Notes: generated by a model not told the origin, from the sequence alone. A stretch of 64,000 nt of DNA from Candidatus Bathyarchaeia archaeon (GCA_050013255.1 JBEKFP010000002.1:608001-672000); one strand, 5' to 3'. Counted from the first letter of the stretch, positions 19,233-27,575 are shown. Numbers and translations are program-made.

Positions 19233-21317
19233 CTAGAACGCCTTCTTTGAGGATAACACTATTGCAGGCAGCTCAATCAGATTTAGGAAGCGACTTAGAG
19301 CTAGGAACGATACTCGCGTTGCGCTTGAGGAAGGTGATATTTGGTCTCCTTTCTGAAGCTCAAATAGGAAGTAGCCGTACATCGCTGGGTTATTGTGTTC
19401 GATTCCCGAAGCGACGGAAGCGCCTGCACGTTCATGTACCCACGACCTGGAGAGCGAATATGCTGCTCCATAATTGAGCCACACGTAGGCGTAGTCTTCG
19501 TTCACCAGTTGTTGGATTTGGTTAATGAGTTGCAGTCGTTGTGCCGGGTCGATGGTCTTTGCCTGTTCGGTAATCAGCTGATCGACCTTGGGATTGTCGT
19601 AGCTCATTGTGGGTGGATAGTAACCTACGTTGCCCAATGCGAAGGGCACTAGAAAGTCATCGGGGTCGACGTAGTCAACGTACCATGCTAGGAAGAAGGC
19701 TTGAAGTCGATGTTGGTGCCGTAGGGCATGGAGCTGAGGACCTGCAATTCCAACAACTGTAGCGGAGAGCCCTGTGTCTGAGGACATGCTATTTATCGAG
19801 GTGGCGAGCAGTGTTGCTGCTGCCTCGTCAGCAGCGTAGCCTATGATGTATTCGAATTCCACGGATTTCTGATTCTGGGGGCTGAACGCATTACCTGGAG
19901 TGATTGGGTTTGCGCCCGCGTCGAGCAGCAGTTGCTTGGCTGTGTCGAGATTGTATGGGGTTGGTTGAATAGCTTGGTTATAGCCGAACATGCCTGGAGG
20001 GATCATCTGTGACGCTGGTACGCCAAAGTCCTGTAACACGTCGTGAAGGTGTGATGTCCTGTTGAAGGCTAGCGTGAAGGCTTTTCGTATTCTTACATCC
20101 GAGAAGGGCTGGAACGCTACAGGGTTTCCATCTGCCCCGCGAATCTTCTGGTTGAAGCCGATGACCATTGTGCTGAATTGTGGCCAGAGTCCATCTGCTG
20201 GAAACAGTTGATAGTCAGGGCTTAGCGAGACTAGTTTGTGTTGAGTGAACCACGCATTCTTGTCGGCAAATTGGAAGATAAGCCCGCCGGCCATGATTGA
20301 TGTGATGCTTACTGGAAGGCCGATAATGTCGGCTGTTCCGGTTTTGAAGTCAAGGATTCTTGTGTTCGGGTCATCAACACCCTTTACGATCACATTCTTT
20401 ATGGGTGCTATGCCTCTGTTGTAGGGGCCTCCCCAGTAATGTTCGTTCCGAACCATGACGACGGTCTGCGTTTCCTTATCCCATGATTGGAGCACGTATG
20501 GGCCTGAGCCCACCGCATTCGTGCTGGCCCAAGGATTCAACTGGTCGCTGTAGTCGCCGCCTGTGGCACCTTCAATGTAGCCTGTGCCATCAGTCGGGGC
20601 AGTCCAATGTGCCTTGTATGCTGTGGGACTGACGATGGCTGTGACCGTGAAAGCCATTACGAACGGCCAGCCCGCGTAAGGTCGTTCCAAGTGGAGAGCA
20701 ACCGTTTGAGAGTCTATAACTTCCACTGCTTTAGCGTTGACGAAGTCGTTCACTTCGGCTTGGGTGTATTTGTCACCGTAGCCGTTGGTAGCGCTGGGTC
20801 CAGCGTTATTGTATGATTTACTATAGTTTTGGCCGCCGCGCAGGACTTGTAGCATCGCCCAAGCCGGTCCGTTTGGGTCGTCAATGATCATGGCGCGCAT
20901 TAGGCTGAAGTACACTGCGTTCGCGTCGACTGGGGTTCCGTCACTGAAAGTGATCCCGCTACGTAGATGAAACGTGTAAGTCAACCCATCAGGGGTGGCA
21001 TCGTATGACTGCGCCAACCAAGGAACAACGTGACTAGCGTTATCCCCTGCGAAGAACAGCAACTGTTCGTACAGGTTCTGGATGACATTGGCACCGCGGA
21101 TTTCGTAGTCAATCGCTGGGTCAAGAGTGTCAGGTTGCCCAATTGTCTCAACAGTGAGAGTATCCGGATTAGGGACAGAAACGGCGCTTTGGGTGATTGG
21201 TCCAGTAATTCCGCTTTGTTTAGCGGTGATGTAAGCTCCGGCTGCAACTGCAACTATTACGATTACGATGACGATAGCTGCCTGAACTTTCGAGATCGCT
21301 CGATTTGATATTTTCAA
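19233..21317 (-). CDS. oppA: Peptide ABC transporter substrate-binding protein (OppA/DppA, SBP family 5)
   Basis: PDTLDPA, YTFHLRSGITFSDGTP, GSGPY, RIRKAFTLAFNR. Confidence 0.92.
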   Translation of the reverse strand: MKISNRAISKVQAAIVIVIVIVAVAAGAYITAKQSGITGPITQSAVSVPNPDTLTVETIGQPDTLDPAIDYEIRGANVIQNLYEQLLFFAGDNASHVVPWLAQSYDATPDGLTYTFHLRSGITFSDGTPVDANAVYFSLMRAMIIDDPNGPAWAMLQVLRGGQNYSKSYNNAGPSATNGYGDKYTQAEVNDFVNAKAVEVIDSQTVALHLERPYAGWPFVMAFTVTAIVSPTAYKAHWTAPTDGTGYIEGATGGDYSDQLNPWASTNAVGSGPYVLQSWDKETQTVVMVRNEHYWGGPYNRGIAPIKNVIVKGVDDPNTRILDFKTGTADIIGLPVSITSIMAGGLIFQFADKNAWFTQHKLVSLSPDYQLFPADGLWPQFSTMVIGFNQKIRGADGNPVAFQPFSDVRIRKAFTLAFNRTSHLHDVLQDFGVPASQMIPPGMFGYNQAIQPTPYNLDTAKQLLLDAGANPITPGNAFSPQNQKSVEFEYIIGYAADEAAATLLATSINSMSSDTGLSATVVGIAGPQLHALRHQHRLQAFFLAWYVDYVDPDDFLVPFALGNVGYYPPTMSYDNPKVDQLITEQAKTIDPAQRLQLINQIQQLVNEDYAYVWLNYGAAYSLSRSWVHERAGASVASGIEHNNPAMYGYFLFELQKGDQISPSSSATRVSFLALSRFLNLIELPAIVLSSKKAF

Positions 21318-21405
21318 AAACCTCCTAAGCGCGTAAACGTTCTAGTTGAGTACAAAGAGTTTTCTAGCGGTCTTTAACGTTCCCAAAAACAGTTCGTACA
21401 GTAAA

Positions 21406-21433
21406 TAGTGTAATTAGGATAATTAGTGTAATT
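21406..21433. repeat. Three tandem 9-bp repeats in the oppA/pepA divergent intergenic region
   Basis: TAGTGTAAT-TAGGATAAT-TAGTGTAAT-T. Confidence 0.6.
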
Positions 21434-21536
21434 GAAACGCGGCACACTGGTGAAGGCATCGAGGTACGCTAACGAATCAATGCGCCTTTATGAACTCGGA
21501 ACCACTAATTTCTATCACAACCAAGAGGCATGAAAC

Positions 21537-23048
21537 GTGTTTAGAATCGAATCGAAGCCATTTCATGAAATCAAGACTGAAGTACTCGTCGTTAACATAT
21601 TCCAGGATGAAAGCAAGCTCCCAGAGGATCTCATGAGGCTTGATGAGAAGTCTAACGGTATCATCAGCGGATCCTTTAGAGATGGGTCTTTGTCTGGAAA
21701 GTTATGTGAGGTAGCAAGCTTCCATCGACCCCCAGGCTTGTCAATCAATAGACTTCTGCTCGTTGGAGCCGGTACGAAACACGACTTCAACTTTGAGGTT
21801 GCATGTCAGCTAGCTGGTACCGCTGCGCGTCACGTCCACAAGACTGGAATTCGTGAGATTGCGTTCTTGATGCGAGGTGAGTTATTGGCGGAACGGCGAG
21901 GACAGGCGTGTGTTGAGGGAACACTTCTGGGAGTCTTTGAAATGGGGAAGTATAAGACTAGAGATTCTGCGAAACTAGCACTTCATTCAATTGTACTTCT
22001 TCCGAGCAGAGCGGGCGAGGAGAATGAGCTCAGGAAGGGGGCGGAGCGGGGGCGCATTTACGCAGAGGCTACGAATTACGCCAGGGATCTTGTGAACGAG
22101 CCGTCCAACATCCTTACTCCCACACGTCTTGCTGAAAAAGCCGTGGCTCTCGCGAAGGAGTTTGGCATGCAGGCCGATGTTCTCGGACCAGATCAGATGA
22201 GGGAGATTGGGCTGAACGCTCTCCTGAGCGTTGGAAAGGGTAGCCATGAGCCTCCACAGCTTTGCGTTGTAAGATACCAAGGAGGCGATGCGCAATCATC
22301 AGCCATTGCATTAGTCGGCAAAGGGTTAACATTCGATTCTGGTGGAATAAGCCTGAAAGATCCTGATGGAATGCAGTACATGAAATATGATATGGCGGGC
22401 GGTGCCGCAGTCTTAGGAGCGCTGAGAATAGTTGGAGAGCTCAAACCCAAGATCAATGTTCTCGGAATCGTTGCTGCTGCGGAGAATTTGCCTGGGGGAG
22501 GAGCACAGAAGCCTGGTGATGTTGTCAAGACTTTCAACGGGAAGACAATTGAGGTTGTCAATACTGATGCTGAAGGAAGACTCGTTTTAGCCGACGCAAT
22601 TTCCTACGCTCAGCATCTAGGCGCAACCCATATTGTTGACATCGCGACATTAACCGGATCGTGTGTCATTGCACTTGGCGACATCACTACGGGGGCTATG
22701 ACTAATGATGAAAAGTGGGCAGCGCAAGTTTTGAAAGCCGCGGCATATGCTGGCGAAAAAGTGTGGCTACTGCCAATGTTTCCAGAGTACCGAGAGTTAA
22801 TTGAGAGCGAAATTGCTGATGTGGCAAACATCGCCAATAGAAAAGTCGCTCACAGCGGAGTCAGCCCAGCGGGCGCAACAGTCGGCGCGATGTTCCTAAG
22901 GGAATTTGCTGAAGAGACAAGCTGGGTCCACCTGGACATAGCTGGAACCGCATGGAACTCTAGGAGGATACCCTACCTAGCAATTGGCCCAACGGGAGTC
23001 GGAGTGAGAACATTAGCTTCTCTAATTATCTCTAAAACGCAGGAATGA
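21537..23048 (+). CDS. pepA: Leucyl aminopeptidase (M17)
   Basis: GKGLTFDSGG, MKYDMAG, NTDAEGRL, DIATLTG, HLDIAG. Confidence 0.96.
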   Translation: MFRIESKPFHEIKTEVLVVNIFQDESKLPEDLMRLDEKSNGIISGSFRDGSLSGKLCEVASFHRPPGLSINRLLLVGAGTKHDFNFEVACQLAGTAARHVHKTGIREIAFLMRGELLAERRGQACVEGTLLGVFEMGKYKTRDSAKLALHSIVLLPSRAGEENELRKGAERGRIYAEATNYARDLVNEPSNILTPTRLAEKAVALAKEFGMQADVLGPDQMREIGLNALLSVGKGSHEPPQLCVVRYQGGDAQSSAIALVGKGLTFDSGGISLKDPDGMQYMKYDMAGGAAVLGALRIVGELKPKINVLGIVAAAENLPGGGAQKPGDVVKTFNGKTIEVVNTDAEGRLVLADAISYAQHLGATHIVDIATLTGSCVIALGDITTGAMTNDEKWAAQVLKAAAYAGEKVWLLPMFPEYRELIESEIADVANIANRKVAHSGVSPAGATVGAMFLREFAEETSWVHLDIAGTAWNSRRIPYLAIGPTGVGVRTLASLIISKTQE

Positions 23049-23162
23049 AAAATACGAGAAGGATACGGAACTCAGCGAACCTTTAGATGCTGAAACCGTT
23101 CTTGGGAGCAACCCTACCGCAAGCATGTCCTATGACGCGGCTATCGTTGAATCATACAAATC

Positions 23163-23315
23163 ATGGATGAGGCCTTCCCAAGTGTAAATGAGGAGACACC
23201 GCTGTCAATGGTTTCCACCCTCCTGCAGTACTCGCCCGCCGTCCTAGTCACGAAGCGGGGGCATGTTCAAGGCATAATTACTAAAGCCGACCTATTGAAA
23301 GTCATTGGCGCCTAG
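23163..23315 (+). pseudogene. C-terminal CBS-domain remnant of the archaeal HTH-CBS regulator (COG3620-like)
   Basis: Hand translation MDEAFPSVNEETPLSMVSTLLQYSPAVLVTKRGHVQGIITKADLLKVIGA*; no N-terminal HTH or first CBS domain upstream. Confidence 0.7.
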
Positions 23316-24595
23316 TTTGATTTTCCCTTCGCGGCCGCTACGATCGTGACGATGTCCCGGTCTTTCAACTTATAATCTGCAGGCAACCGAATCTTGGTTC
23401 GCGCGTCAACCGCGTAAAGCATAGTCTTCGCCAAATCGGTATGGACTTGGCCTGCCAGGTCGCCGACTGAAGCGTTGTAGGGAACGAGGAAGACGTCGGG
23501 GAGCACGTTGCCTTTCCTGTCAGCTAATCTTTCAATATCCTCGACTGGGTAGACAACGTTCATACTTAACAGCTTGAAGACGCAGGTGTTGAGTGCGAAC
23601 TGCACGCCTGTTCGAATCCATTTCGAGAAAACACGCTGCTCAACATAGGTCAAGGCCGCCCTCTGCTCAGCCGTCAACTTATCCTTGTCTTTGACCCTGA
23701 AAACTTCCTCGCCGGGAATGTACTCAACGTAACCTTTCTGCTCCGCGCGGCGTAAAGCTAATTCCGCGTCACTCGACGCGGGGAGTACGAATGCCTGGCC
23801 AAATTCCTTCACGAGGTTCACGTAATTCTTATCCGCGGGTGCGAGGTCCATCTTGTTCGCGATTATGTGGGTCGGCTTCGAGATTTGCCTAATACTCTTC
23901 GCGAAGCCCCAAACGTCTTCATGGCTCCACCGCCCGAGGTCTTTGTCTGCAAGGGCGTTCTCCTCCAAAGCCCTCGCAACATGTTCGCCGGTAATCTTCA
24001 GCCCAGCTAGGTCCTGCGTGAAGAGCCGGTCAACGGACGAACCTTTCTTGGCATGTTTTTTTAATTTCTTGATGGCCTTCTCAACTATTTTGGCGAACCA
24101 GCGAACCAACTCTTCTTCAATGTCGTAGACGTCAGCGACAGGGTTCCCCATCCCCGGCTTTGTGAGTTTTCCATCCGCGTCCACGCTACCCGACGCGTCC
24201 GCTATGTGGATGAGAGCATCCGCTTGTGATGCTACGCTCAGGAATTGCGTACCGAGGCCCTTTCCCTTCCATGAACCTTTGATTAGGCCGGGCAGGTCGA
24301 TGAGCTGGACGGGGATGAACCGAGCGCCTTCGATGCAAGATGAATTCCTAGGATTATCCTTGACACCCATCTCTCTGCACACGCAGATCGTCTTGACGTA
24401 CGCTTGGCCAACTTTTGGTTTCTTGGTCGTGAAGGGGTAGGTTGAGACGGGAGCGCTGAGTAGGGTTGCCGCGTTGAAGAAGGTGGTTTTCCCCGCGTTG
24501 GTTTTCCCGATGAGCCCAATCTTGAGCAAGGGCGATCGGCTAGAATTCTCGCTTTGCGGTATCACTACTTGACGGGCCTCACCGGAATCAGCCAA
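23312..24595 (-). CDS. ychF: YchF/OLA1-family Obg-like NTPase
   Basis: GKTNAGKTT, YPFTT, DLPGL, ANKMD, C-terminal TGS domain (VHTDLAK). Confidence 0.92.
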   Translation of the reverse strand: MADSGEARQVVIPQSENSSRSPLLKIGLIGKTNAGKTTFFNAATLLSAPVSTYPFTTKKPKVGQAYVKTICVCREMGVKDNPRNSSCIEGARFIPVQLIDLPGLIKGSWKGKGLGTQFLSVASQADALIHIADASGSVDADGKLTKPGMGNPVADVYDIEEELVRWFAKIVEKAIKKLKKHAKKGSSVDRLFTQDLAGLKITGEHVARALEENALADKDLGRWSHEDVWGFAKSIRQISKPTHIIANKMDLAPADKNYVNLVKEFGQAFVLPASSDAELALRRAEQKGYVEYIPGEEVFRVKDKDKLTAEQRAALTYVEQRVFSKWIRTGVQFALNTCVFKLLSMNVVYPVEDIERLADRKGNVLPDVFLVPYNASVGDLAGQVHTDLAKTMLYAVDARTKIRLPADYKLKDRDIVTIVAAAKGKSN

Positions 24596-24655
24596 AATCC
24601 ATATAGCAACTGGCTATGCGTGACTGGGATGGGGCCGCCTTGTCGGTTCCGATGT

Positions 24656-24884
24656 GGGGCCGTAGACACAGTGACCATTCGGGAGTGACGGGCTCTAGCC
24701 AGGGATGACGACAGGGACACGTTCCCGCCAAGGGCTCCAGAAGACCAAACCTTAACGGGTTTGCGGACCTGAACGGAATGACGAACTTCAGGAGCGAAGA
24801 AACCCGTAGACATGACGGCATGGCGGAAGTCGAGGGTTCAAAATGGTTCACCCCAGAACCATGAGAATCCCTTCGGCCCCACCA
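24656..24884 (+). tRNA. tRNA-Trp(CCA) with five introns: 24666-24693 (10/11), 24713-24731 (28/29), 24741-24801 (37/38), 24810-24828 (45/46), 24842-24866 (58/59)
   Basis: Exons join to 77 nt: GGGGCCG TA GTCT AGCCAGGGA TGAC G ACGGG CTCCAGA CCCGT AGGTC GAGGG TTCAAAT CCCTT CGGCCCC A CCA; each intron is bounded by a strict or relaxed BHB. Confidence 0.88.
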
Positions 24885-24978
24885 CAATTTAGCACCGTTT
24901 ACTGTAAGTATGCAAAGTATTTTCTGTCAATCCTATACCAATAAACAGAGACCGCGGCATTTGCATCTCGTATGACCG

Positions 24979-25500
24979 TTGCCAAACCAGCCTTCGAACA
25001 GTTCCCAGCGCAGATTCAGTAGGCGAAACCTCCTGAAGGGGGCAGTCCTATTCGGGGCAGCGGCGCTACTACTCCCGCTGGAGAGACTTGGGCAGTTTCT
25101 ATTCGTTCCGCAAGAGACAGGGCCCCTAACCTACCCTAGGCTGCGAATAGCCAACACGAACGACGTTCCCACCAATGGAAGCCTACTCTTTGAATACCCT
25201 CACAAAGACCGACCGGCCGTCCTCATTCACTTGTCCGACGGTTTCGTGGCATTTGATTCAATTTGCACGCACCTCGGATGCCAAGTACACTACGACAAAA
25301 CGGTTGTAGCAGGATGGGAGAGCAAACCAAACCAGAACTTCTGTTCATGCCATGGCGGTGTCTTCGACCCTAAGACGGGAGAGGTGTTGGGCGGCCCGCC
25401 GCCGCGGTCTTTACCAAAGATCAAGCTCGAAATCGACAATCAAGGAGACATTTACGCGGACGGTTACGAAAGTGGCCTTCCCCTCTATGGTGAGGCTTGA
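24979..25500 (+). CDS. Rieske [2Fe-2S] protein with Tat signal
   Basis: SRRNLLK, CTHLGC, CSCHGG, GPPPRSL. Confidence 0.95.
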   Translation: MPNQPSNSSQRRFSRRNLLKGAVLFGAAALLLPLERLGQFLFVPQETGPLTYPRLRIANTNDVPTNGSLLFEYPHKDRPAVLIHLSDGFVAFDSICTHLGCQVHYDKTVVAGWESKPNQNFCSCHGGVFDPKTGEVLGGPPPRSLPKIKLEIDNQGDIYADGYESGLPLYGEA

Positions 25501-25506
25501 AAGAAC

Positions 25507-26157
25507 ATGCGCCGTCGCTCATTCTCCAGGAGGATTTGGGATTGGTTTGTGGAACGAACCAGAATCGAACCAATCTTAGATACGAAGATCACGGAACGAG
25601 CTCTCAGCCCAATGTATTGCCTTGGCGGCTTAACATTCCTCTTCTTCGTTCTTCTAGCATTAACCGGCGTGATGCTCGCAACGTACTACAAGCCGACACC
25701 AGACAGCGCTTACGATAGCATCCAAACCATAACTATGAATGTGAAGTACGGCTGGCTCATACGCGGCATCCATTTCTATTCAGCTAACGGGATGATAATC
25801 ACATCAATTCTCCACATGCTTCGCGTATACTTCACCGGAGCTTACAAGAAACCGAGGGAACTCAACTGGATAGTTGGGGTCGGGCTCGGCGCCTTCACTC
25901 TGATGGCTGGCTTTACCGGGTATGTGCTCCGATGGGACCAAGAGGCGGTGGGTGCCGCCGGCGTAGGTTTAGGGCTAGCCAATTCAATCCCGCAAGTCGG
26001 GACCCTCTTAACCTACCTGTTTTGGGGGAACAACTACACAGACACCCTCGGCCGCTTCTTCGCCAGTCACATACTACTCATTCCTGGATTACTTGTGCTA
26101 ATGATGGCGTTCCACTTTTGGATGATTCGGAGGCATCGAATTGCAAGACCCCTCTGA
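25507..26157 (+). CDS. Cytochrome b N-terminal subunit (b6/QcrB-like)
   Basis: YCLGG, YYKP, RGIH..ILHMLRVYFTGAYKKPRELNW, SH-x14-H. Confidence 0.94.
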   Translation: MRRRSFSRRIWDWFVERTRIEPILDTKITERALSPMYCLGGLTFLFFVLLALTGVMLATYYKPTPDSAYDSIQTITMNVKYGWLIRGIHFYSANGMIITSILHMLRVYFTGAYKKPRELNWIVGVGLGAFTLMAGFTGYVLRWDQEAVGAAGVGLGLANSIPQVGTLLTYLFWGNNYTDTLGRFFASHILLIPGLLVLMMAFHFWMIRRHRIARPL

Positions 26158-26668
26158 GGAAGAGCCCGAGAACGTTCCGTTCTTCCCAAACGTACTATTA
26201 GCGGAGATGAGTCTCGCATTTGCCGCAATCGGACTGCTCACAATATTCGTAGCTCTCTTTCCTTTAACGCTCGGAGCAAAATTCGACCCCATTCATCCGC
26301 CGACGATTCTTGAACCTGAATGGTACTTCATGGGTGTCTACCAACTCCTAAAGACCCAAGGTGTCCAAGCCATCTACGCCGTCGTGCTACTGGCATGTCT
26401 CGGGATTTTCATGGTGGCCGTTCCCTTTATCGACCGTGGTTCGGAACGCCGCCCACTGAGAAGGCCCATGTTCCTCGCATTCGCCTTCTTCGTTGCCGCC
26501 GAATTCTTGGGCCTGACAATCTACGGCTATCTCTCGCCTGGCCAAGTAGGTTCCTTTGCTTCACCTGAGTTCACCGTGGCATTCCTCATGACCAACACAG
26601 TCGCAATCTTGCTGATATCCTTGGTTCTTTACGCCGACTGGAGAATTCGAAGGGGCGTTAGGAAATGA
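26141..26668 (+). CDS. Cytochrome b C-terminal subunit (subunit IV/PetD-like)
   Basis: PFFPN, PEWY, PFIDRGSERRPLRRP; no CxxCH. Confidence 0.92.
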   Translation: MQDPSEEEPENVPFFPNVLLAEMSLAFAAIGLLTIFVALFPLTLGAKFDPIHPPTILEPEWYFMGVYQLLKTQGVQAIYAVVLLACLGIFMVAVPFIDRGSERRPLRRPMFLAFAFFVAAEFLGLTIYGYLSPGQVGSFASPEFTVAFLMTNTVAILLISLVLYADWRIRRGVRK

Positions 26669-26925
26669 AAGTTGTTTCAAGGTTGAGGCAGGGCTTGCAT
26701 CTGGTTCTTCTTGCGGCCGCTTTTATCGTCAGCACTTACGCGGTTTCGAACTTGATGCCACTTCTCCTTCATGCGACTGGAAACGGCTTCAACGCCTCGG
26801 ACGCAGCCTCGATTGTCGGCGACTTGGTCGCTGGAATCGCATCTGTCACCTTTCTGGCGAGAGAGGTCTATAGGCTGGATAAGCGGGCAGGGCGGATACG
26901 CAACAGAGTGGGATGGTTCGAGTGA
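26665..26925 (+). CDS. Small two-TM protein in the respiratory operon
   Basis: ATGA overlap with the upstream stop; two hydrophobic helices. Confidence 0.7.
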   Translation: MKVVSRLRQGLHLVLLAAAFIVSTYAVSNLMPLLLHATGNGFNASDAASIVGDLVAGIASVTFLAREVYRLDKRAGRIRNRVGWFE

Positions 26926-27135
26926 ATGGATAATCCAAGAAGCGATAATGTTTCCCGAAGTTGGGTTGCGTTGGCGGTTGTACTCATCGGCTTGGAATTC
27001 ATCTTTCTGTACGAAGCAATAATCGCTGACATGGGTGGGCACGAGAGATTCTTCGCGGCGTTTGCAGGCTTAGCGATACTCTGCTTCGCCGCTTTACTCT
27101 ATGCTGCTGCTGTGGTTCTCTATGGGTGGGATTGA
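26926..27135 (+). CDS. Small two-TM protein in the respiratory operon
   Basis: ATG immediately after the previous stop; two hydrophobic helices. Confidence 0.65.
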   Translation: MDNPRSDNVSRSWVALAVVLIGLEFIFLYEAIIADMGGHERFFAAFAGLAILCFAALLYAAAVVLYGWD

Positions 27136-27152
27136 GAAGAGGGTGAGCTGGT

Positions 27153-27575
27153 TTGGTTAAGTGGACTAGGAAACTGGTTGACAGAAGCAGTGACCTAAAT
27201 CCTCGCAACATGAGGCTCGGAATGTATGCATGGCTGATGCAACGCATCTCTGGACTTTACCTGGTCTTCTTCCTACTGACCCACGTGATGGCAATTGCCC
27301 AAGCGAACTTCAGCATCACTATTGGTTCTACGGCCGGGATGTTGGATGTGTTCAGAAACCCGTTCTGGGCCGGGAGTTCAATGTCAGCAACTTTCGATTT
27401 GGTTGCACTTGGCATTATTGCCTTTCACGGGTTGAACGGTATACGAATTGTATTGCTGGACTTGGGCTTTGGCGTTCGGAAACATAGGATTGGTTTCTGG
27501 GTTACGATGGTCATCGCGATCGTCACGGTGTCCCTCATCATCAATCTGGCCCTGCCAATGTTGCATTCATGGTGA
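27153..27575 (+). CDS. sdhC: Succinate dehydrogenase cytochrome b subunit
   Basis: WLMQRISG..LLTH, FHGLNGIRIVLLD. Confidence 0.93.
   Translation: MVKWTRKLVDRSSDLNPRNMRLGMYAWLMQRISGLYLVFFLLTHVMAIAQANFSITIGSTAGMLDVFRNPFWAGSSMSATFDLVALGIIAFHGLNGIRIVLLDLGFGVRKHRIGFWVTMVIAIVTVSLIINLALPMLHSW

Noticed and set aside
24688-24698. ACGGG-CT-CTA-G looks like an amber (CUA) suppressor or tRNA-Pyl anticodon arm
   Set aside because: It straddles the intron-1/exon-2 junction. ACGG is required by the BHB helix and TCTAG is D-arm sequence. Retaining intron 1 gives no proper D-arm, and no pyl genes are present in the window.
24565-24887. ORF-track ORFs 24565-24813 and 24588-24887, or an RNase P RNA at this position
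   Set aside because: The region is fully explained by the multi-intron tRNA-Trp, and no RNase P P4 motifs (GAGGAAAGTCC-like) are present.
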